Source of the DNA: Laspinema palackyanum D2b
Lineage (GTDB): Bacteria > Cyanobacteriota > Cyanobacteriia > Cyanobacteriales > Laspinemataceae
Assembly (NCBI RefSeq): GCF_025370835.1
Contig: NZ_JAMXFE010000013.1
Length of the DNA stretch: 28,155 nt
Strand: one strand, 5' to 3'
Shown: piece by piece, positions 16,116-23,697 of the stretch
How the letters are laid out: each line of letters begins with the position of its first letter
How positions within the stretch are numbered: position 1 is the stretch's first letter
Notes under the pieces: model-generated
Database searches by the model: none
What the model saw: the letters and a program-made list of their open reading frames with translations, nothing else
What the model was told of the DNA's origin: nothing
Position numbers and translations under genes: made by a program

Positions 16116-16931
16116 TTAAATCTCAGTTTGAATCAGAGTTTGCGGCTTTTTTTTTCCATATTTAAGGGCTCCCAATCCGATCAGTAAGAGCGCTGTAGTA
16201 GCTGTAGGTTCTGGAACCTGTTTCGGAGTTTCGGAGGGGATGCCGATATCAATTGTCCCACGACCTGTGCCACTAGCGTCGGCAAAAGTCTGTCCCTCAA
16301 TGCTTTGGTAGCGAACCCCGAAGTTGTTCAGAGCAAAGCTTTGGACTTCACCGGAGAAGGCTAGAGTAGCCTTGAAGGTTCCGGTCTTGCCGGTTTCGAC
16401 GCCGCCATTGGCTCCGCCTTGGCACTTGTTCCCATCGGTAAAGCAGACATCAAGTTGTCCAAAATCATTGGGAAAGTCCCCAGAGCGGTCATTGGTAAAT
16501 AAACCTTCAACCCGGGTGTTGCCTGTACCACTGGTGTTACCAACGCCCATCAGGGTCATCGCGGAACCTAGACTGGTGCCATCCCAATTCCAAACATCAA
16601 ACCCTAAAGCCGAGGTCCGAGAGGTGATGCCATCGCTGGAGGTGTTCTTGAGGTCCACATCAAACATCGCCTCGGTGTAGTCGCGACCGCTGTTAAACCC
16701 AAGAAATGTAAAAATCGCTTCCGATGAGAGTCCCGTAACATCTTTTGTGCTTACGTTTCCGTCAAAGTTAACGGTAAATTCTTTGCCGATGTCGCTTTCA
16801 GAAATACCCACGGCTTTACTGCCGTCAAAAAAAGTAAATGCTGAGGCAGATGCGGCGACAGTCAAGGAGTAAACCCCTACAGAGCCAATGACTGATAGTC
16901 CTAAACTAAGTGGTTTGAGTAATCTAAACAT
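16116..16931 (-). CDS. PEP-CTERM-anchored secreted protein, 271 aa from the internal ATG.
   Basis: It has a signal peptide MFRLLKPLSLGLSVIGSVGVYSLTVAASASA. The C-terminus VPEPTATTALLLIGLGALKYGKKK is a PEP motif, TM helix and basic tail, which is the exosortase sorting signal. An AGGA ribosome-binding site precedes the ATG at 16931. Confidence 0.75.
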   Translation of the reverse strand: MFRLLKPLSLGLSVIGSVGVYSLTVAASASAFTFFDGSKAVGISESDIGKEFTVNFDGNVSTKDVTGLSSEAIFTFLGFNSGRDYTEAMFDVDLKNTSSDGITSRTSALGFDVWNWDGTSLGSAMTLMGVGNTSGTGNTRVEGLFTNDRSGDFPNDFGQLDVCFTDGNKCQGGANGGVETGKTGTFKATLAFSGEVQSFALNNFGVRYQSIEGQTFADASGTGRGTIDIGIPSETPKQVPEPTATTALLLIGLGALKYGKKKPQTLIQTEI

Positions 16932-17399
16932 ATCTTTTTCCTGAATCCTACCAGCATAATGGGTGAAATCGAACCGACGGTTGCACTCTTGCTTGGCTGT
17001 TCTAGTCAGCATATTTATGCCACCCTATTAGGCAATTGCACTAAGCGACAGAATTGGTTAATCCCTTGACCTCTTCTAAAGAGTAGGCCAAACTCCCATT
17101 TTGCGGAGCGATCGCCGGTACTCCATTCAACTGTATCCATCTAGCCATAGGTCTGTCTATAGTTTTCTTCTAGCTTTGTAAAATCTTTATATAAATAAAG
17201 ATAATGCTAGAATTTTCAGAGAGTTTGGCTCGGCACAAATACAAAGTTTTGATAAAGTCCGAGATTTTACGGATCAACAAGTCCTCAATAATAATGATTG
17301 CGGACTTGTTGACTAAGAGTGCTTAACCTATTCTTACCTCATGGAATTGAGATTGTCGTCAGCAAAATCGCGTAACTTGGGTAAAGATAAATAAAGAGA

Positions 17400-18932
17400 T
17401 TACTGAGGGGCCACTGCATAATCGATGAGTTGAGCGAGTCGTTGGCGCAGGGTTTCCAGTCCGAGACGCTCCCGGGCACAGATAAAGACGGCCAGGGGAA
17501 ACTCTTCCTTGGCGATCGCCAGGGTCTCTCCATCCACCGCATCAATCTTATTAAAAGCAACCAGGGCCGGTCCTGGAGTCACCGGCATTTCCCCCAAAAT
17601 CTTCATAACAGAGCGAATCTGACTTTGCCATGCCGGATGGGATAAATCCACAACGTGCAGCAAGGCATCCGCTTCCGTGACTTCTTCTAAAGTGGCGCGG
17701 AAGGCATCCATCAAGGAAGGGGGGAGTTCATGAATGAACCCTACCGTGTCGGTGACCACGATAGTCTGGGTATCGCCCATGACGGTGGGAATCACTAACC
17801 GGCGGGTGGTGGGATCCAAGGTGGCAAACAGTTGATCTGCCGTATAAATTTCCGCGTTGGTTAAGGCATTGAGCAGAGTAGATTTACCGGCATTGGTATA
17901 ACCGACGATCGCCACGGAAGGGACATCTTGATGTTGACGTCGCAGACGCATCCGCGATCGATGAGCTTGCAACTCATTCACTTCCTGTTGCAAACGGGCA
18001 ATTCGCCGTTGAATGGCGCGGCGTTCGGTTTCCAGTTTGGTTTCTCCAGGGCCTCGGGTCCCAATTCCACCCCCTAAGCGGGACATCGCTTGACCGCGAC
18101 CCGTGAGACGGGGGAGCATATATTCCAGTTGAGCTAATTCGACTTGGAGTTTACCGGCCCCTGATTGGGCGCGTTGGGCAAAAATATCCAGAATCACCTC
18201 GGTGCGATCGACCACCCGGACGCCGATTTGGACTTCCAGATTGCGGACTTGTGCCGGAGAGAGTTCGCGATCGAAGACAATCAGATTACTGCCGAGGGTT
18301 TGTGCAGTTAGGGCGATTTCTTCCACCTTCCCCTTTCCAACCACCGTTTGGGGATGGAGACGGGGACGTTTCTGGCGCATGGTTTGCAAGACGCTTCCTC
18401 CGGCAGTATCGACCAGACGGGCGAGTTCCCGGAGTCCATCTTCAAACTGCTCATCCTTGAGATTATTAGTCATCACCCCGACTAAGAGGGCGCGATCGTG
18501 GTCCGCATCCACATCCCGGGCGATAAATTCGCGCTGGAACTCCGCTTCTAGGCCCTCGACGAGTTCTAGGAAGTCCTGTAGGGAGAGGGCATCCAGACTC
18601 ATCGGGGGGGAAACGGTCCAGGAGGCGATCGGCCCAATCCCCTCCCCCTCTTCCATACCCGTTTGGGGAATCAAATGTGCTAAATAGGACTGACTCACAT
18701 AACCCGTGGCCCCACCTCCGCGCCGTTCAAACCCCTCCCCGGTGACATTCAACACGACTAAAGCATCCAAGCGTTGAATTGCCATTGCCGTCAGAGAAGA
18801 CTCACTCGGACCCTCCCCCTTCAACTGAGTAGTAATACAGCGAATCCCGCTCAGACGCCCCTCCCCATAGCGGGGTAGTTCCATTGCCGGGATTTGGGTT
18901 TGACGCGGTGAACCCACCCCCACCCGAATCAC
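17400..18932 (-). CDS. hflX: GTPase HflX, 510 aa from the GTG. The start is uncertain.
   Basis: It has the HflX N-domain ([17 protein letters not shown]...[13 protein letters not shown]), [12 protein letters not shown], a GTPase G1 box (GYTNAGKS), DTVGF and a NKID box. The frame stays open 73 more codons upstream, to 19152, with no canonical start. Confidence 0.85.
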   Translation of the reverse strand: MIRVGVGSPRQTQIPAMELPRYGEGRLSGIRCITTQLKGEGPSESSLTAMAIQRLDALVVLNVTGEGFERRGGGATGYVSQSYLAHLIPQTGMEEGEGIGPIASWTVSPPMSLDALSLQDFLELVEGLEAEFQREFIARDVDADHDRALLVGVMTNNLKDEQFEDGLRELARLVDTAGGSVLQTMRQKRPRLHPQTVVGKGKVEEIALTAQTLGSNLIVFDRELSPAQVRNLEVQIGVRVVDRTEVILDIFAQRAQSGAGKLQVELAQLEYMLPRLTGRGQAMSRLGGGIGTRGPGETKLETERRAIQRRIARLQQEVNELQAHRSRMRLRRQHQDVPSVAIVGYTNAGKSTLLNALTNAEIYTADQLFATLDPTTRRLVIPTVMGDTQTIVVTDTVGFIHELPPSLMDAFRATLEEVTEADALLHVVDLSHPAWQSQIRSVMKILGEMPVTPGPALVAFNKIDAVDGETLAIAKEEFPLAVFICARERLGLETLRQRLAQLIDYAVAPQ

Positions 18933-19195
18933 CTGACCCCGACGATTGATATAAACACAAACCGAATCCTTGATTTCGGTACTAATCGCCCCCAGACGCT
19001 GGGCAAATTCTGAGGTGGTAATCGCATCTACGGGAAGTTTTTGGTGGTAGAGGCGGTCAAGTTGCTTAAGCTGACTGGATTTAAGTCCTTGTAGCTGTCC
19101 GTATATCGTTTCGATAGGCGTATTGACCAGGAAACTGGCCCTCCGAACTCTTTATCTCTTTATTTTATCGTGAGTCAAAGGGATGTTAGAGAGTC

Positions 19196-19252
19196 AGGGG
19201 GTTTAGCTGTTTTATAAGGGCGCTGGATGATTGAAGGGGGGAATGGAGAGAG
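19196..19252. repeat. Copy A of a ~56-bp direct repeat (R2): AGGGGGTTTAGCTGTTTTA(T)AAGGGCG(C/G)TGGATGATT(G/C)AAGGGG..GAATGGAGAGAG.
   Basis: It aligns with 20175..20230 with about five differences. Confidence 0.7.
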
Positions 19253-19455
19253 GGGGATGGGAGTATGAGAGGCGAGGCGATGGTCAAACATCCTGGGGGT
19301 TATTGCCACTTTTAGAGAACCCTATCTTTTAAAATGGATGATTCATGAGAAGTTGAGATTTTTTCAGCCCTTTACTGAAACCATTGAACTGCTAAAAATT
19401 AATTGATTTTATGTTGATTTTAGGTGTGTATTCGTATTCACGCGATCAATCCCGG

Positions 19456-19740
19456 TTAGGGATGCTCGTGATAGATTCCTGCACGACTGACGGCATAATC
19501 GCTTAGGGTGGGGACATCTGGCCCCAGAGAATCTGTCAATTCATCCGCTAACGGATTGGCGATCGCCTCAAATTCATCCTCCTGTTGAATGGGGTTCGGT
19601 GAGGGTTGTAGCAGTGCCTGTACCGTGGGTGCAAAAACCTCAGCCAACAGTTGCTCAAGGGCGATCGCATCCCCACTCGCGATCCTTTCTCGGCATTTTG
19701 CCTCAACTTCCGGGGACAAGTTCAAGGTAATCCTAATCAT
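19456..19740 (-). CDS. Small hypothetical protein of 94 aa. The N-terminus is ribbon-helix-helix/ParD-antitoxin-like. It is an orphan, with no toxin partner ORF adjacent.
   Basis: MIRITLNLSPEVEAKCRERIASGDAIALEQLLAEV fits a beta-strand then helix-helix pattern. The C-terminus is acidic. No ORF follows downstream before 19256. Confidence 0.45.
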   Translation of the reverse strand: MIRITLNLSPEVEAKCRERIASGDAIALEQLLAEVFAPTVQALLQPSPNPIQQEDEFEAIANPLADELTDSLGPDVPTLSDYAVSRAGIYHEHP

Positions 19741-20174
19741 CGGTTTTCCTCTAAGATTTCGGTCTTTCTTGATGTTAAATTGCTCTTGGCTTGAAAGTTA
19801 AGTTTTATAGGGTGAGTCAATGTAATGGCTGTTTAGCACTGCTAGATCGCTCATCTTGGGTAATTGTGATAGGACGGAGGCGATCGCCTTTCTAGTTTAA
19901 CTCCCCCCTTGCGCGATCGCCGCTTCAAATTCTGCCAATGCCTGAGAGGTCCCCACTTACCAAAGGCGTTCGACTACCCCAGGAATAATTTCCCAGATCG
20001 CCTGATCTAGAAAAATCGGACTATTCTCAGCGGTGACATACTCTCACTCTTGTAATAGATAGAGGGGTCCCTGGGAGTGATTATACACTCAAACTTCTCG
20101 GCATTCAATCCCTTTATAGGCTTCGGGGGTTGTTTTAGAGGTAACATCGATTTCTATTATCAAATCCGAAAGTT

Positions 20175-20230
20175 AGGGGGTTTAGCTGTTTTAAAGGGCG
20201 GTGGATGATTCAAGGGGAGAATGGAGAGAG
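20175..20230. repeat. Copy B of direct repeat R2.
   Basis: See 19196..19252. The two copies bracket a ~0.98-kb segment that contains the antitoxin-like gene. Confidence 0.7.
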
Positions 20231-20742
20231 ATTGAGGGGAGGAACCCGGTTTCTCTACTCAATCTGAGCATCCTCTCCCTCACTCCCCTGAAATAGGTTT
20301 CGCCAAACCCGCCTTTTCCCAGTTTTTTTCAAGATATGGTAGCGTCCGCGCAGGGTTATGCCCAACATGGGTCTCGCACCAGGGTGATGTTATTTTATTG
20401 TGCCACAATTGCGCCAATTTGGGGTAATCGTGACAGGGCTGAATCTGTGACAGGAGGCAATTGGCTGCTGAAGCGCCTGTTACGGGAGGCAGAGGGTTCC
20501 ATCGGGGGTGACAAAAGCTACAGCTTTTGTCAAGAGGATGCTGGGATTCAAAGCCCAATTTGTGGTTAGATTAAAATAGGGCGATCGGGCAGTCTGTTCA
20601 TAGGGTTGTTAGATTGTAACTTCCGATAGGGCTGATAAGGCATCGGGCTTATAAAAGCCACTGTCAGGACTTCAGTCCTTTCAGCAGTTCATTCTCATAA
20701 CCTCTAGGCCTTTTGTATCCCCTGTAATGTGCTTTCAAATCG

Positions 20743-20770
20743 ATCCTTTGATTTGAACAAATCAAAGGAT
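20743..20770. promoter_or_regulatory. Perfect 13-2-13 palindrome ATCCTTTGATTTG-AA-CAAATCAAAGGAT, overlapped by a second imperfect palindrome TTCAAATCGATCCTTTGATTTGAA (20734..20757). It lies 40-67 nt upstream of the lepB ATG and is a candidate operator.
   Basis: Exact reverse-complement symmetry in the sequence. It is AT-rich, not followed immediately by a T-run, and sits at promoter distance from lepB. Confidence 0.5.
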
Positions 20771-20809
20771 TAGCCTGTTTTTGATGAATCCCATCTCTTA
20801 TTTAAAATT

Positions 20810-21871
20810 ATGACTCTATCTTCTGAAGGCTCCTCACAACTTCAATCTGAAAAGCAACCTTGGATTGCAGTAATTTTATCACGAGTTATCCCAGGTATTG
20901 GGCAAATTTACGCCGGATATTTATTACGCGGGGTGATCATTTTTGCAGTTTGGAGCGGAAGTGCGATGATGGCCCTTTTGTCATTATTACAACCTGATAT
21001 TAATGGGGGGATTGTAGGGCTTGGATTGCTGATATATTTTGCTTTAGGCTTTTGGAATCTTTTTGACGCTCATTCCTCCGCAAGAAAGAGTAATAGCCCG
21101 CAATTTGAAACGTTACGAAAATCTAAAAAAGACCCTTGGTTGGCTGTTTTTCTTTCCCTGTTGATTCCGGGTTTGGGTCATTTCTACATTAAAAAAATAG
21201 GTGAAGGAATTATTTTTTTTATTGCTACGATAGTCGTTGCCATAATTGCACCTAAAATATTTGTGGGAATATTGCAATTTGGGGCCGCTTTCCATGTTTA
21301 TCAATTCATGAACAAGAGAAAAGACCTTTCTCAAGAGAAAACACCCTTACTCATTGGTTTATTCGTTATTGCTTCTCTGGTTGTATCAAGTGCAATATCT
21401 TCCATCGCCAGTTCTGCCCTTGAAACTCGCTATATACCCTCTGCCTCTATGATACCTACTTTGCAAATAAATGATCGCCTAATTGTTGATAAATTAACTT
21501 ATAAGTTTAATCTACCTGAACGGGGAGATATTATTCTTTTTTCGCCTACTCAATTTCTCCAAGAGCAAAATTTCACAGACCCTTTTATCTTCCGAATTAT
21601 CGGGTTACCTGGAGAAACAGTGGAAGTCATTAATGGACAAGTCAAGATTAATAATCAGCCTCTGGAAGAACCCTATATTGCTCAACCTCCCACCTATCAG
21701 TACGGACCCTCTACGGTTCCTGAAAATAATTATTTTGTGTTAGGAGATAACCGCAATAATAGCTATGATAGCCAATATTGGGGATTCGTTCCTAAAGAAA
21801 ACATTTTTGGAAAAGCTCAGACAATATTTTGGCCCCTAGATAGGCGGGGACCGATTCAACAATTGCCCTAA
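20810..21871 (+). CDS. lepB: Signal peptidase I (LepB) catalytic domain fused to a ~190-aa N-terminal extension. The extension contains a tandemly duplicated 2-TM module, W(I/L)AVxLSxxIPGxGQ(I/F)Y. Total 353 aa.
   Basis: The C-terminal half has S-box SMIPTL, GDIILF, GLPGETVEV and GDNRNNSYDSQYWGFVP. The N-terminal half has two homologous hydrophobic modules (PWIAVILSRVIPGIGQIYAGYLLRG and PWLAVFLSLLIPGLGHFYIKKIGEG). Confidence 0.8.
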   Translation: MTLSSEGSSQLQSEKQPWIAVILSRVIPGIGQIYAGYLLRGVIIFAVWSGSAMMALLSLLQPDINGGIVGLGLLIYFALGFWNLFDAHSSARKSNSPQFETLRKSKKDPWLAVFLSLLIPGLGHFYIKKIGEGIIFFIATIVVAIIAPKIFVGILQFGAAFHVYQFMNKRKDLSQEKTPLLIGLFVIASLVVSSAISSIASSALETRYIPSASMIPTLQINDRLIVDKLTYKFNLPERGDIILFSPTQFLQEQNFTDPFIFRIIGLPGETVEVINGQVKINNQPLEEPYIAQPPTYQYGPSTVPENNYFVLGDNRNNSYDSQYWGFVPKENIFGKAQTIFWPLDRRGPIQQLP

Positions 21872-21903
21872 CCCGATTATCCAAACCAAATCATGAGAGC
21901 TAC

Positions 21904-21933
21904 GGGAGAGACGAAAAACTTCGCCTCTCTCCC
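21904..21933 (+). terminator. Hairpin GGGAGAGA-N14-TCTCTCCC after lepB. It is a possible terminator, but no T-run follows.
   Basis: An 8-bp stem 33 nt after the lepB stop. Confidence 0.35.
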
Positions 21934-21948
21934 TTCCCTACATCCGGA

Positions 21949-21973
21949 AACGACTGAAGTCGTTACTACGAAC
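21949..21973. repeat. Solo MITE end AACGACTGAAGTCGTTACTACGAAC. It overlaps the last three codons and the stop of the Cry-DASH gene.
   Basis: Identical to the 14133 copy. The CDS stop codon at 21966-21968 lies inside the element. Confidence 0.75.
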
Positions 21974-23432
21974 GTTTTAATGCCGCTTTATACACCTGCT
22001 CATTTATTTTTGCAGACTCAAACAAATCAACCATAGGATGGGGATAATCCTTGCCAATTTTCACCCCAAACCGCTGCTGTTCCACTTCCAATAATTTCCA
22101 AGGTTCATGCACTTTAGCTGCCGAAACTGCTGCCAACTCGGGTAACCAATACTTGACATACTCCCCATCGGGGTCATAATCTTTGGATTGCTTGATAATA
22201 TTAAAAAAGCGAAACCCCCGGGCATCATTCCCCACCCCAGCGGTGTAATTCCAATTTCCCCAATTGCTACAAACATCATAATCAATCAGCATAGACTCAA
22301 ACCATTCTGCTCCCTTATGCCAATTGATGCCGAGGTTTTTCGTTAGGAAACTGGCGACGTTTTGTCTGCCTCGATTGGACATGAATCCAGTTGCTGCCAG
22401 TTCGCGCATATTGGCATCTACGAGGGGGAATCCGGTTTTTCCTTGTTGCCAGAGGGTGAATTTTTGCCAATCTTCTTGCCAGGGGATGGGGATTCCTTGT
22501 AATCCAGATTGCCGGAAGATGGCGTTGCCATGTTTGGCGCAGATGAATCGGAAGTAATCTCGCCAGAGTAACTCGAAAATTAGCCAATAGGTGGAGTCAT
22601 TTTTGATGCGTTGGGTTTCGTAGTCTTGGACTTGTTGATAAATGTAGCGGGGGGAGAGGCAACCCAAGGATAACCAGGGGGAAAATTTGGAGGAATAATC
22701 AGCGCCAAGCATTCCGTTGCGGGTTTCTTTGTAGGTTCGCAGGCGATCGCCACTCCAAAAATAGTCCTGCAATCGAGCAATTCCGGCACTTTCTCCTCCG
22801 GTAAAGGGGAGGACTGCTTTGGAGGCGATCGCAACTTTCTCCACCCCTAATTCCGTTAAGCTGGGTAAGTTCCCTGTCTCTATTTCCGGTAACGGTGGCA
22901 ACTGGGTAGGGGTGGGAAAGCAGGAATCTGGTGTGGCTGTTTTCTCGACTTGTTTGCGAAAGTGGGTGAACAATTCGGGAATATTGGGGATATCAAATGG
23001 GAGGCGATCGCAATGATAAAGCGTATGTCCCCAGAAGGATTTGAGTTCAATATTCAGGGATTTTACTGCTTGGGAGAGTGCCGTTTCTACCGCAATTTCT
23101 TCCGCTGTGACTTCCTGATGAAAATAAATCGCCGAGGCATTGACTTGTTGGGCGATTTGAGGTAAAATTGATTCAGGTTTTCCAATTTTAATAACTAAGT
23201 TGCTGCCAAGGTTTTGCAGGGATTGACACAGGTTCGCCACACTTTCGAGTAAAAACTGGGCGCGGAATGGGCCGGTTTTTGGAAACCCATAAGTAGTTTT
23301 AGAAAATTGTCTGGGATCGAAACAATAGATAGGAACAATTGGCGCATGATTTTGGATAGCGCGATGCAGGGGTTCGTGATCATGTACACGCAAGTCGTTA
23401 CGATACCAGAGGATAATCGGTTGGGATGTCAT
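21966..23432 (-). CDS. Cryptochrome DASH / class I CPD-photolyase-family flavoprotein, 488 aa from ATG 23432.
   Basis: MTSQPIILWYRNDLRVHDHEPLHRA is the canonical Cry-DASH N-terminus. The FAD-binding region is WRDYFRF...GxxNxxRxR...WGNWNYTAGVGNDAR. The track ORF extends 38 codons further into the MITE copies. Confidence 0.85.
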   Translation of the reverse strand: MTSQPIILWYRNDLRVHDHEPLHRAIQNHAPIVPIYCFDPRQFSKTTYGFPKTGPFRAQFLLESVANLCQSLQNLGSNLVIKIGKPESILPQIAQQVNASAIYFHQEVTAEEIAVETALSQAVKSLNIELKSFWGHTLYHCDRLPFDIPNIPELFTHFRKQVEKTATPDSCFPTPTQLPPLPEIETGNLPSLTELGVEKVAIASKAVLPFTGGESAGIARLQDYFWSGDRLRTYKETRNGMLGADYSSKFSPWLSLGCLSPRYIYQQVQDYETQRIKNDSTYWLIFELLWRDYFRFICAKHGNAIFRQSGLQGIPIPWQEDWQKFTLWQQGKTGFPLVDANMRELAATGFMSNRGRQNVASFLTKNLGINWHKGAEWFESMLIDYDVCSNWGNWNYTAGVGNDARGFRFFNIIKQSKDYDPDGEYVKYWLPELAAVSAAKVHEPWKLLEVEQQRFGVKIGKDYPHPMVDLFESAKINEQVYKAALKRS

Positions 23433-23459
23433 GGGTTGTATATAAGAGTGACAACAAAC

Positions 23460-23579
23460 GTTTGTAGTGACTCCTTCAGGAGTCATCCGGATGCAACCCC
23501 TGAAGGGGTTACTACAAACGTTTGTAGTGACTCCTTCAGGAGTCATCCGGATGCAACCCCTGAAGGGGTTACTACAAAC
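23460..23579. mobile_element. Two tandem 60-bp MITE-like units, GTTTGTAGTGAC-TCCTTCAGGAGTCATCCGGATGCAACCCCTGAAGGGG-TTACTACAAAC. The TIRs are the same as at 12633 and the core is different. They lie 27 nt upstream of the Cry-DASH start, open in-frame, and each carries an ATG.
   Basis: 23460-23519 and 23520-23579 are identical. The period of 60 nt equals 20 codons. Each unit translates on the gene strand as MTPEGVTTNVC..., in frame with the Cry-DASH CDS. Confidence 0.8.
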
Positions 23580-23697
23580 GTTCCATCCTTTTCTAACGAA
23601 ACGCTAGAGGAATAGGGGCGGGTAATTGTATATTGATACAAAAAAAGGCAGTTAATTAAAACTGCCTTGACTGTAACAGACTGAAATGATGGATAAC

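Noticed and set aside
17275-17313. Hairpin CAACAAGTCC-N17-GGACTTGTTG downstream of hflX as its terminator.
   Set aside because: It has a 10-bp stem but a 17-nt loop and no U-run on the hflX (minus) strand. It sits in an AT-rich promoter region for the PEP-CTERM gene. Its function is unclear and a terminator call is not supported.
18202-18687. 161-aa plus-strand ORF inside hflX.
   Set aside because: Antisense to the well-supported HflX GTPase. Its translation is Arg/Ser-rich low complexity.
19741-20809. tRNA, tmRNA or RNase P RNA in the long non-coding stretch.
   Set aside because: I found no GTTCGAATC-type T-arm, no CCA-proximal acceptor pattern, and none of the RNase P P4 (AGGAAAGTCCGGGCTCC) or tmRNA tag-region hallmarks by eye. 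I kept it as an unidentified structured-RNA candidate only.
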